From assembly GCA_043228905.1 (NCBI GenBank), contig JBHGNT010000011.1:21266001-21330000 (forward strand): DNA of 64,000 nt, given 5' to 3'. Shown one piece after another: positions 10,870-23,132 of this stretch. The stretch comes from Azolla caroliniana. Lineage: Eukaryota > Plantae > Polypodiophyta. The notes under the pieces are model-generated. The model saw nothing but the letters and a program-made list of their open reading frames with translations. It had not been told where the DNA came from and did no database searches. Both the position numbers and the translations under genes were made by a program. Position 1 is the first letter of the stretch. Each line of letters begins with the position of its first letter.

Positions 10870-13800
10870 ACTTGTAGCTACAAATTCCATGGCATACTGT
10901 TGTAAATACATTCATACACATTAGCACTAACTGTGTATAAACCTGAGCAGCTATAGTATTGCGACATTGGGACATTGATGCACTTGACCAAATGAGAGTA
11001 CATGTACGCCACTGCTTTGTCTTCTAATAGCCTATACACATAATCGTAATCATCTAGTCTTGCATAAAAAATACCTTCGATGTAGAATGTCCCGGTAGAT
11101 TCTACGTTGCACATTGTTTACTAACCGTGCACTTCAATATATAGAAATCAGCACCCTCTGAATTGCCTTCTTTTGCATTTATAGTGAAATTTTCCCCAAC
11201 ATTTAAGACATCACTCAGAGTATCTCCACGTCCTTGATATGTGAAGTCAACATTCTTTTCTGTTTCTCCAACAACTGCTTCCTTATCGTTCAATGTATGA
11301 TACTATCATACTCCCAATTCTGAATATAATATGCTTTGTTTAAACAATACCTCCAATTTCCCTGCACACAATGGAAGCAAAAACAAGTTAATTCTCTAAC
11401 CGCAATACAATGACCATCCAACCTAGAATAACAGCGAACAACATGGAGAGATTGCAATTCGGGAATTCCTTGGCACTCCTAGGTCTTCTTCCTCTTTACT
11501 TCATCTATCTTCACTTCCCAAAATTCACGTTTGATATCTTGGACCTGCGAGGAATAAACATCAGTTGCAGTCATTGACATATTAGCTCTTAAAAATTCAA
11601 CTACATCTGCTGCACAATTCATCTACACACCATCTGCCTTTAGTTGTTCATGGGTAAGTGCCCGCTTTATAACAACACCTACACCATCATGTTCACGTTT
11701 ACCATGGCCATACCCAAAAAATTTCCATCTCATCTCCAAACCTGTTATAGCAGGATACCTCCCCACAAAATAAAATGGACGTCTAGCCTTGAATTGTGAC
11801 GCAACTCCGTCAGACCAAACCCAATGTTGAGTAAGTTGTAAACGTTTCGCTAATAACCATTGCCAATGTAAGTTAAAACAATGTTGGACGAACAAGGTAT
11901 CATGCTTCTTATCATCAGAAATAAAAAAATGAATTACTTTTTTAACATCGCTTGAAACTCGAAAATATGTTATGTGCACAAAAATGGTTACATGCGTTGA
12001 ACACCAATGTATAGATTGAATTTCATTCTACTGCTTGAAAGTATAATTTTCTATGAAATCTACTACGGAGACTACTACATCATTTGGAAAATCAAATATG
12101 CAAGTCTTAAATTGATGGGCTTGCCATGAATAAATGAAGTTGTGTTTAATGAACTTTGTTAGAGATACTACAAATAGAGATGCCAAATCCCTTGGTTTAA
12201 GCGACTTCCTAACTAGATCCTTTCTTTTACACACCTTTCCTTCGAAATTGGTGTCAACTAACTCAAATAACTTGACAGAGATTAATATTTCACTACTCAA
12301 TTCATTTGGACATCACCTAAATCTACTAGGGCCACAATCTTGACATAAACCCATGACACATTTATGACTGTAGAAGATAGCCTCAGTTTCTCTTGGACAC
12401 AATATTGAATCTAAAAGACAACTCATGGAAGAGATAACTGCATTAGTTAGGGAGGCGCTATGGTGACATAGTAGATTAACAAAGTCCTTGAGAAAACCCA
12501 TTTGTACATGGTAAATGCAACAACATGTGTATCGATCCTTCAAGCGTCTCCCAAAACTTTGATATTTGGATGCATTCGCCTGAACCTAATAAATAAATCG
12601 ACACGCATAATAAAATGGACATACTGATTAGCTATGCTCCAAACCTGTTATATGAGCTAATAAGCTATTTTGGTAGCTAATTAGTTATTCCGGTAGCTAA
12701 TTAGCTTATTAGTTGGTAATAACTATTGGGAATAGCTAGTTAGCTAATTTGAAAGCTAATTACCTATAGTCATAGTCAGCTAATTAGCTATTCTGGTAGC
12801 TAATTAGCTATGCTCATATTCTTAGGCAACTAATTAGCTATTCCAATAGCTAAATAGCTATAGTCAGAGGCATCTAATTTGCTATTCTAGTAGCTAAATA
12901 GCTATAGTCAGAGGCAACTAATTTGCTATTTTGGTAGCTAATTAGATATCCTAGTAGCTAATTAGCTGGTAATAACAAAATTAGCTATTAGGAATAGTTA
13001 GTTACCTATTCTGGTGGCAAATTAGCTATAGTCATACACAATTTATTAGCTATTCTGGTAGCTAAATAGTTATGCTCATATTCTTAGGTAGCTAATGAGC
13101 TATTCTAGTAGGGGATTAGCTATTATGGTAGCTAATTAGCTATAGTCATAAGCAGCTAATTAGCTATACTCATAAGTAGCTAATTAGCTATTGTCATAGG
13201 TAGCTAATTAGCCGTTGTGGTAGCTAAATAGCTATGATTGGTAGCTAATTAGCTATTTTGGTAGCTAAATATGTATGTTCGATATTCTTAGGTAGCTAAT
13301 TAACTATATTGGTAGAGAATTAGTTGGTAATAGCTAAATTAGCTATTGGCAATCGCGATTAAGCTATTACTAGTAGCTAGTTAGATATGTTCATATTCTG
13401 AGGTAGCTAATTAGCTATTCTGGTAGTTAATTAGCTATTACTGGTAGCTAGTTAGCTATGGTCATATTCTGAGGGAGCTAATTAGCTATTATGGTAGCTA
13501 ATTAGCTATTGCTGGTAGCTAGTTAGTTATGGTCATATTCTGAGGTAGGTAATTAGCTATTCTGGTATGGTCATATTCGGAGGTAGCTAATAAATGTTGA
13601 GATAAATGCAAATACCTAAGGTATATCAAGAAGATGAATGGGATGCTCCTCGTATTGACTCCTTCCAACACGTTTCCTGCATAAATCCTTCTTATTGGGT
13701 GAAACCATACTCTCATTAGTCCAAAATATGTGATTATATCCTTGATTTCTGATGTTATGGGTGTCATTGGCTCACATCTTGTTGTTAGCTTTAGCACACT

Positions 13801-14150
13801 AGTTCCTTCACCCGAGGAAACTATCTGGTTCAATGCATTGTACACACTTTTTCTACTAACTCCTTTATCGATGGATCAACTAACTCCTTGTTGTCTTCAT
13901 TGCTGATGTGCTTGGTTTGAACATTGAAATAGTCTACAACCTTTCTCTCTATGATAGTAGTCTCATTACTTCCATTCTCAATGATATTTGGACCTATATC
14001 GCAACCAATACTATCTTTACCTTTAGTGAGTGTGGCTTTCGTATCCTTCAACAATTGACGATGTTTTCTTTTTTTTTTCTGCCCAATACTTTCGTATCGC
14101 TTATTGTGTCCTGATAGCGTCATCCCTATCCTGATGATCATTGAGAGGTA
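10870..14150 (-). mobile_element. Degraded, intron-containing Sola2-like DNA transposase
   Basis: Motifs VDFIENYTFKQ*NEIQSIHW, FISDDKKHD, WSDGVASQFK, GHGKREHDGVG and an upstream CCCxYH. A further exon reads WTNESMVSPNKKDLCRKR...HPIHLL (13616-13725). Superfamily assignment is from my recall of motifs. Confidence 0.7.
12620..13590. repeat. Degenerate tandem array of the palindrome TAGCTAATTAGCTA
   Basis: Dozens of full or partial copies with short spacers. Confidence 0.95.
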
Positions 14151-14319
14151 ATTCTAAACACCCTCCTTCCCCTTCCATTTGCCTTGACGGGTTTAAACCC
14201 TAATTTTCCTGAAAAAAAGACACGTATTAAAGATGGCTATGGGCAACAACAATACACAAAAATATTCTGCAATACACAAGATTATACACAACAATACACA
14301 AGATAATTAATAGACAGAA

Positions 14320-15281
14320 TAATTATTGAAATCCAAGATCCAACAATGGCGGTAATCAAGGGTTGAATAGTGGCAACAACTGAGTGTAGAATGGCGGCAG
14401 TGGAGGAGTGAACTCTGTTTGATCAAACAGTTTTGGCAATCCATGACCGAACAATGGTGGCAATTGAGTGTAGAATGATGGCAATGGAGGAGTGAATCCC
14501 GTCGGATCGAACAGTGGCAAATGATGCTTGGAACGCACAGTGACAACAACTGAGAGTAGAATGGCAGCAGTGGAGAAGGAGTGTAGAATGATGGCAATGG
14601 ATGATGGCAGCGGATCGAAACAACTGAGAGTAGAATGATGGCAGCGGATCGAAAAGTCACAACAATACACGACCAAATAGTAGTGACAACTGAGTGTAGA
14701 ATGATGGTAATGGATGAGTGAATCCCGTCAAATCGAAAAGTGGTAGCAATCTAGGACCAAACAGTAGCGGCAACTGAGTGTAGAATGATGGCAATGGAGG
14801 AGTGAACTCCATCAGATCGAACTATTGCAGATGATGATTGGAAGGCATAGTGACGACAATTGAGAGTACAATGGCAGTAGTGGAGAAGGAGTGAACTCCC
14901 TCAGATCGAAAAGTGGTAGCAATACACAACCGAACAATAGCGCCAACTAAGTGTAGAATGATGACAATGGATGAGTGAACTCCGTCAAATCGAAAAGTGG
15001 CAACAATTCAAGACTGAACAATAGCGGCAATTGAGTGTAGAATGATGGCAATGGAGGAGTGAACTCCATCAGATCGAACAGTGGCAAATGATGCTTGGAA
15101 CGCACAATCACAACAACTAAGAGTAGAATGGCTACAATGGAGAAGGAGTTAACTCCGTCGGATCGAAAAGTGGCAACAATATACAACCTTCATAGTAGTG
15201 GCAACTGAGTGTAGAGTGGCGGCAATGGAGGAGTGAACTTGGTAGATGATGCCTAGACTGAACAGTGGTGGCAACTGAGTG
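14320..15281. repeat. Minisatellite, ~85-95 bp monomers with a ~260 bp higher-order period
   Basis: Core CAACTGAGTGTAGAATG.TGGCAATGGAGGAGTGAACTCC..C.GATCGAA.AGTGG is repeated; the array resumes at 31270-31390. Confidence 0.9.
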
Positions 15282-15611
15282 TATCATGATATGGCAAGAC
15301 TCGAACCCATGACCTTATGATATATGGGTCGAGCTCTTAACCATCACACCATCTATTGTAATTCGTAAGATATTATTTTCATTTATGCTTTATTATAAGA
15401 AATTAATGTATATTCCAGATTTCTCTGGAACATTCTAGAAGCTTTAGGATTACTCCTGAGAACACTATAAAAGAAGGCACTAGGCATTATGTTGAACCAA
15501 ATTGGTTCAACGCCAATCTTAAGCCTCTTAGCCACTTTGTACCTATCCTTCACATAATATATATAGTTGTTATCATCATCTCTCTCTCTCTCATCCTCAC
15601 TATTTCTTTCT

Positions 15612-15656
<45 letters not shown>

Positions 15657-15729
15657 GAATCTTATGCAATCCCGTCCTCTTAGTACTAATAGTACTTCTC
15701 TTCTTTAATATCCTTGCAAGGATGTACTG

Positions 15730-16137
15730 ATATGGCAAATATCATCCTTACGCCGACGTATTTGACAAGGTAAAAGCCGGTACTCTTCCTCATCATCGTC
15801 CCTACGATTGTCCCATCGATTTACAACCAGGAGCAGAGCCACCATGGGGACCAATCTACAACTTGTCACCCACCGAGTTAGAAGTCCTTCGAGCCTACAT
15901 AGAGGAGAACTTGGCAAGCCGGTTTATTCGTCATTCGAAATCTCCGGCTGAAGCACCCATCTTCTTTGTCAAGAAGAAAGATGGCTCACTTCGTTCGGTT
16001 ATGGGCATTTCGAATATACGGTTATGTCGTTCGGTCTAACCAATGCACCCGCAGTCTTCCAACACATGGCAAATGATATATTCAGAGACCTCTTGGATAT
16101 CTGTTTGATCATCTATCTGGATGATCTATTGATTTTC
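15730..16137 (+). pseudogene. Chromovirus RT fragment
   Basis: LPHHRPYDCPIDLQPGAEPPWGPIYNLS...[14 protein letters not shown], then a deletion, then [21 protein letters not shown]...YLDDLLIF. Confidence 0.9.
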
Positions 16138-16624
16138 GGTGCCAACTGGGAGGAAGGAAGAGACCCGAATCTGGCCGGAGTCGGGGTCGGCATCGAACGA
16201 CGTGGTCAGAGGCCCATCCGGAGGAGTGGCTCTGGAGGAGCTAACACAGATGGTGCGCGACCTGCAGATCGCATAGGCCCGAAGAGACAATAGTGAACAA
16301 CCTCGCGACCGGAGGCCGCCGGTTGGGCAGTGGTGCATGTGGTGTGACGCGATCGGTCACATTCGGAAGGATTGCGTGGATTTCGCCGACGCGCTCAGGA
16401 CCAACGTGGTGTACCTCTGGAACGGGCGGGTGCACGCGAGCAAGACCCAGAGAGCCCTGGAACTGAATACGGGGCGCAGCGGAATGAAGAGGTTGATGGA
16501 AGAGGCCGCGGCACGGCACGTCGAAGCCATTAACTACTCAGTGTCGGCGGGAATTCGGGTCGGGGGTGATGAGACCCGGGAGGCGAAGGACTCCGGATTC
16601 TGGCCCTGAATACGGGGCGCGGCG

Positions 16625-17024
16625 TGTTGGGAGACAGGTCCCTCCGGATGGGAAGCGAGAAGAACAGTGCCGATGAACAAACTCGGGTGAGGCCGAAACC
16701 GTATAAGGTGGACCCGGCTACGGAGAGCCGGATGGTGCAGACCTGGTATGAACCGGATGAGGAGTACCCGGCTACGGAGAGCCGGATGGTGCAGACCCGG
16801 TATGAACCGGATGAGGAGTACTCGGCTACGGAGAGCCGGATGGTGCAGACCCGGTATGAACCGAATGAAGAGACATATTCGTAAATATGTTTATGAGAGT
16901 CCATCGAGGCTATATTTGTAAATAGCCGAAAAGTCATATTAGTATAAATATGACTTAGGGCAAACGTAAAGTTGTGGTTGTCATTTCTTGTTGGTGCAAG
17001 AAAAGAGAGAGTGCGTAACTGTAC

Positions 17025-17055
<31 letters not shown>

Positions 17056-17331
17056 TAGAGGTCGTTGCCTCTATTGTAACCGCCGCCTGTGGCGAAGATC
17101 CGTGAGCACGAGGTCGGTGCCTCAGTGAACTCACTATTGTACATTCTTACATAGTGACAGTTTGCAGCCTGTGGGTTGCCGTGGTTTTTCCCCCCTAGTT
17201 TGGGGTTTTCCACGTAAACCTCTTATGTATCTTCCTCTTCTTTGTGTCGTGTTTTATCTCCCGTTTTTTGTGTATCATTCTAAGCTCGGTTGCGGCCGAG
17301 CGTTGCGCATAGGTGCGTTGAGTTCCCGACA
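16625..17331 (+). mobile_element. Solo LTR of an unrelated family
   Basis: TGTTGGGA...TCCCGACA with 5-bp TSD CGGCG (16620-16624 and 17332-17336); three 54-bp internal tandem repeats (~16710-16870). Confidence 0.9.
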
Positions 17332-20300
17332 CGGCGGAATGAAGAGGTTGATGGAAGAGGCCGCGGCACGGCACGTCTAAGCCGTTAACTACTCAGTGTC
17401 AGCGGGAATTCGGATCTGGGGTGATGAGACCCAGAAGGCGAAGGACTCTGGATTCTGGCCGCTAGTGCTAGAAGGCCTCTCCGGAGTTCGGCTAAGGAAG
17501 GAAGAGGCGGACCGCGCGGAACAACGGGTCTAGGAGGTCACCGGTTGGGACGATCCGGTCGAAGAGAAAACGGCCTTCGTAGAAGCCGCTTGCCAGAACA
17601 ACGAGGTTCTGGTGGAGGACAAACGGGCAGGAAAGGCCGGAGGGATTGGCCCCCCGAGGTATGAGACCCGGTTCGGACCGAAACCAACCGGTGCCGGCAA
17701 CCCAGGCGTGCCAGATGGGAAAGAAACAGGCGGGGTTTCGGTTGAACACCGAAATCGAGAGAGCAACGGACCTACGGAAGGTCCTTGAAGAGCGAATCCT
17801 CAACAGTAAAGTGGAGTTGTCGTTGCGGGAGGTGCTGGGAATCACCAAGAGGGAGTTCCACGACTCTATCGTAGACTTGGTGAAGCAGAAGAGGCTCTCG
17901 ACGGAGCCGGAACCGGAGAAGCCGATGGAAGTGCGGACCAGGCACCTGGAAGACGGAGCCCTGGAAGATGAGCTGGTGGGAAGCCACTACACAAAGCCGC
18001 ATTGGGCCAGGGCAACTACGGAAACCCCTGTACGGATCGGCAACGTTCTGGAACCGGTGGTAGCGTTGGTAGACCATGGATCCGAAATCAACCTGATGTC
18101 CATGGATTTCTACAAGAAGGGTAAATGGCCGATCAACACCAAGCATGGCTGGAAGATACGGGCAGCGACGCGCGCCACGAAAGAACTACATGGGGCCTGT
18201 CCGAACGTACGGGTGAAAATCGGCGATGTCGAGATCGACCAGCACTTCTTCGTGCAGGAGACGTCCTCACATCCGGTTATACTAGGAGAGCCATATATCA
18301 CGGCGGCACGGATGGAGACCAAGGTTTTGGACAACGGTTCAACCTATGCAAGAGTCAAGAGCCAGGACGGGTATCACTCGGTCCAATTCCTAACGGTGCG
18401 ACCAAACCACGAGCGTAACCACGAGGCCCTCGACAGCGAAACCCGAGGGGATTTTTTGAAAGGGCTATCAAGGCGTGGGGCCGCGATAGTCCGGACACCC
18501 GAGAAGAACCCCACAAATGTACAGTACGAAAGAAGACCTGTACCATAGGTAGGAAATTTTGGTTCTCCGACAGCGGAGGTTGTACTATAACCAGCGTCAG
18601 CGGTAGGGAGAGGAAACGAGCAGAGGAGCGGCTCAAGGGATGCGGAGTCCTCTTCCCCGACGAGGACATCAGTGGCGCCGTGGAGGCGGTCTCTTTTGAC
18701 GACACCTTGGGCGAACTACGAAAGGTGATCAGTGAAGACCTTAGGGAAGACTGGACCGTTCCGGTAGGGTCAATGGGAACGTAACGAAGTCATCGCAGAC
18801 TTCGGGGAAAGGATCGGGTCGGATCGGATGGCCCGCGTAGATACGAAATACAAGACTGTGGACCGGAAGGTGAGGCCAGTCGCGGCACCCTTGCTGGAAG
18901 CCAGCGAGGAGCGGATAAAAGGGGCCGCGTTTGACCCAAGTTTACGAAATCCGGCTGGCATAGGGCACCGGTTCACCGACATAACGCTACGGGAGCTCAA
19001 GGTCAGTGGGGGCGACTTTCTACTGCCAGCGGAGGAGGACCGGTTTCGGAGGATGCTCGGGAGGCATGGGAAGGCTTTCGCATTCTCACCGGAGGAGATC
19101 GGGTGCGTAGACCCGACAGTTGTCGAACCAATGGTGATCTTCACGGCACCGCATGTACCGTGGAATCTCAAGCTGATTCCGGTACCGAGAGCTCACATCC
19201 CGAAGTTGATGGAGCTCTTGAAGCAAAAGGTGGAGATGGGCATCCTCGAACCATCGAGTGCCCCGTATTCGAATCGGTGGTTTACGGTGCCGAAGAAGAA
19301 CGGCACGTTGCGCTTCATTCAGGACCTACAACCGGTCAACAAGGTGACCATCCGTAATGCAGGGATCGGACCGACCATAGACGAGTTCGCGGAGGCCTTC
19401 CCTGGAAGGTCGATCTATTATGTCGGTGATCTGTACTCGGGGTACGATCAGTTCCAACTAGTCGTGGAGAGCAGAGACATTACGACGATTCAGACTCCTC
19501 TCGGCCTAATGCAAATGTGTACCCTGCCACAAGGAGGGACGAACTCAGTGGCTCACATGGTGAACGCGATGAACAAAGTGCTTAGGGATTGTATCCTGGA
19601 CATCACCATGCCATTCTTGGACGACATCCTGATTAGGGGATGCCCGGTGGAGAAAAGGGACGAGGCAATCGGGCCGGACGGATGTCAGAACTTCGTGGCG
19701 TCCCACATCGATGACTGCGAGAAGGTGCTGCAGAGACTAGAACACGCGAGGCTCACCTTCTCCGGGGAAAAGTCGGCCTTCGGACAGTCGGAGATCTTGG
19801 TGGTCAGACACCTATGCGGTCCTTACGGTAGGAAACCGTCTCCGGCAAAGGTGGAGGCCATCTCCGCGATGAGGAACGATTGCGGGTCGGTCACGGAGGT
19901 CCGCAGATTCTTGGGGGCATGTGCGTTCTACCACATCTGGATCCCGCACTACGCACATGTCGCGGAACCCCTCTACGGACTATTGAAAAAGGAGCGTAGC
20001 TTTGAGTGGAGGACAGAGCACACAGAGTCGGTTTGGGGACTAAAGGTGGCGCTTACGGCAGCGCCGGCTCTCCGTAAAGTGGTTTACGACAAGGATGTTC
20101 CCATCTGCGTAACGGTGGACACCAGCCCAACCTGGATCGGGTGGGTAATCAGTCAGGAGGACAAGGGCGGCGTACGATTCCCGATCCGGTTTGGGGCGAA
20201 GGTATTGAGCGAGCGACAGCGAGGGTACGCCCAAGTTAAGCGCAAACTTTGGGTGTCGTTTCAACAGTCAAGGCCAACAAGGATTATCTGATCGGGATGG

Positions 20301-21012
20301 AGGTGATCATCGAGACGGACTGCTTGTCAATACTCGGCATGGTTTCCAGATGCGCTGTCGTGAAGAAAACCGTCCCCAGGCGCAAACTGTGTATAATGTG
20401 TGTGAACCATCCCTTACACGTGGGCACGCCCCTTGTTGTATAGTAGATAGGTAGGCACAAAAGTCGAGGAGTATCTCTGTCCGAAAGGAGAGAGAATTAA
20501 TGTGATGTAAACGGGTAAAACGGCCTCCCTCCTTGAGCTATAAAAGAGAGGGAGACGGGGGGGAGAGAGGATATCGCGCGCTAGAGGGGACGAAGTGTTG
20601 TCGGACTGGGACCGAGCTCTTCTCCTCTGTCGTTCTCCATAGCTTTCTTTACGCAGGTTCTCAAGAGGCTGATTCTGCTCCGTGGAACGCTCGTGTGCTT
20701 CTGACAGAATCTCCATCTTGCCCCCCATGTGTGCGTGGGTGATCAGGCGTCGGCACCCGTCTCGCCGACCTGATCGGCTATAACCGTTCGGGTCATCTGT
20801 ATATATATATTTATATACACGTTCTTATACTCTATCTCCTGCCCAACTTGTGTCTCTTGTGTTGTTGGGTTGCGTTCCCGCGCGCTTCTTTGTCTATACG
20901 TGTGTGGGCGTGTCTCTTCCTCTCTCCTTTCGCTTCCTCACCTATTCCTCGGTCCAAGACCCTAGTGGTCCCGCCTTGTTCTCCACGCACGCGCGTAGCA
21001 ACGCGGCATATT

Positions 21013-21030
21013 TGGTGAACCCGACGTGAA
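21013..21030 (+). promoter_or_regulatory. Primer binding site complementary to the tRNA-Trp 3' end
   Basis: TGGTGAACCCGACGTGAA is the reverse complement of TTCACGTCGGGTTCACCA, the 3' end of plant cytosolic tRNA-Trp as I recall it. Confidence 0.85.
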
Positions 21031-21051
21031 CAGGCAGCAGAGGAGTAGAAG

Positions 21052-23132
21052 ATGAGGGGGTCGGACCTCGCAGAAGCCATGACTTCGGCTGTGGACCGTA
21101 TAGTGAGTGCGCGCGAAGGCACCGCCGCCCTTGATAGGGCTATCGACGCGGTTGTCCGTACGATCGGCCGGTTTAGTGGGAAGGATGCCACGAGCTACTT
21201 GGCGTCCTACCGGGCTGAGATGGTAATGAGGGACATTCCGGAAGAGAGGCGTCTAACCGGGTTCCCTCGAGTGGCAATGTCGGGCATCCATATGGAGGTG
21301 CTCGAGGTATGGGCCGAGAGCCGGACCTGGGAGGAGTTCGAGGTCGGCTCCTCGAAAAATACGGGCTTGAAGATGCGCTTCGACTTTCGAAGCGGGACTT
21401 CATGGAGTGGGTGGAGACCCCCGACAAAGGAAGGAACGCATCGGTGCTCCTCTGGGAATTTGAGGAACGCTTCGTGCGCCTCTCGGTGCTTGACCGGACC
21501 GTTCTGGACACAAGCCGTGTCCTATTGTTTGTTAAGTCAGTTGATGAGCGGGATCGGGAGCAGGTAGGCCTCCTATTGGAGACTGATGACGGGCTGACGG
21601 CCGAGTGGGCCGTGGTGAAAAGGGTCTGTGGCCATTTCTACAAACGGCGGGAATGGGTTTACAAAGGATCGACAGGGGCGGGCTCTGTCACAGCAAGGAA
21701 GCTCGAGCCAACACCACCAACGCGAAGGGAAGAGACCCGAGATTGGCTCGAGACCGGATCGGCTTCGACCGACATGGTCAAGGGCTCGTCCGAGGGAGAA
21801 CCTCTGGAGGAACTGACGCGGATGGTAAAGGATCTCCAGATCGCCCAGGCACGGAGGGACGGTAGTGAACAAGGCTGTGACCGACGACCTCTAGCTGGAA
21901 ACAGGTGCATGTGGTGTGACATGGTTGGCCACACCCGGAAGGACTGCGGGGACTTCGCCGAGGCGATGAGAAGCAACGTGGTGTACCTACGGAATGGTCG
22001 GGTGCACGCCAGCGAAACCCGAAGGCCCCTAGACCTGAACGTCGAGCGAGGGGGTATGAAAAGGCTAATGGAGGAGGCGGCGGCTCGTCACGCGGAGACC
22101 GTCCACTACTCGGCGTCAGCTGGTATTCGGGTCGGAGGTGGCGAGGCCCCGAAGATGAACAAAGCCGGGTTCTGGCCGACGATGCTAGAAGGCCTCGCCG
22201 GCGCACGACTAAGGAAAGAAGAGGCGGACCGCGCGGAAAAACGGGTCCGGGAGGTAACCGCTTGTCAAAACTACGAGGCTCTGGTGGAGGACAAGCGGGT
22301 AGGGAAAACCGGAGGGGCCGGGCCCTCGCAATGATATGAAACTCGATTCGGGCAAAGACGGAATGAGGCCGGTGTAACCGGCGCCCAGGATAATCCCAAG
22401 AGGGGCGGGTACCAGCTGGGCACAGAAATCGAAAGATCCACGGACCTACGAAAGGTCCTAGAAGAACGAATCCTCGATAGCACGGTGGAACTGTCGCTGA
22501 GGGAAGTGCTCAGGATCGCCAAGAAGGAGTTCCACGACTGCATCGTAGACTTGGTGAAGAGGAAGAGGCTGTCGACGGAGACAGAACCGGAGAAGTCGGT
22601 GGAGGTGCGGACGACGCACATAGAGGACATGGCGCTGGAAGACGAGTTGGCGGAGAGCCACTATTCGAGGCCACACTGGGCCAAAGCGACCACGGAGACC
22701 CCCGTGAAGATCGGAGATATGCATGAACCGGTGGTGGCGTTGGTGGACCACGGTTCAGAAATCAATTTGATGTCCATGGACTTCTATAAGAAAGGGAAAT
22801 GGCCGATCAACACCAAGCACGGGTGGAAAATACGGGCAGCAATGCGTGCCACCGAAGAACTGCATGGAGCCTGCCCGAATGTACGAGTAAAGATCGGCGA
22901 TTTCGAGATTGACCAGCACTTCTTCGTGCAGGAGACGTCCTCACATCCGGTTATACTAGGAGAACCGTACATCACGGCAGCACGGATGGAGACCAAGGTG
23001 TTGGACAATGGCTCGGCCTATGCAAGGTTCAAGAGCCAGGATGGGCGTCACTCAGTCCAGTTCCTGACGGTGAGACCAGACCATGAGAGGAACCGCGAGA
23101 CCCTCGGGGGCGAAAGCCGAGAGGATTTTTAG
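21052..23132 (+). pseudogene. A2 ORF1: Gag plus aspartic protease
   Basis: CCHC knuckle CMWCDMVGHTRKDC; protease ALVDHGSEINLMS...ILGEPY in the same frame as Gag. One frameshift (~21340) and one TGA (22332). Confidence 0.85.

Noticed and set aside
14320-15281. CRISPR-like repeat/spacer appearance and repetitive ORFs
   Set aside because: The 'spacers' are themselves repeated, the context is eukaryotic and there are no cas genes; it is a minisatellite
16624-16884. ORF with 18-aa repeats
   Set aside because: By-product of 54-bp LTR repeats; starts at GTG
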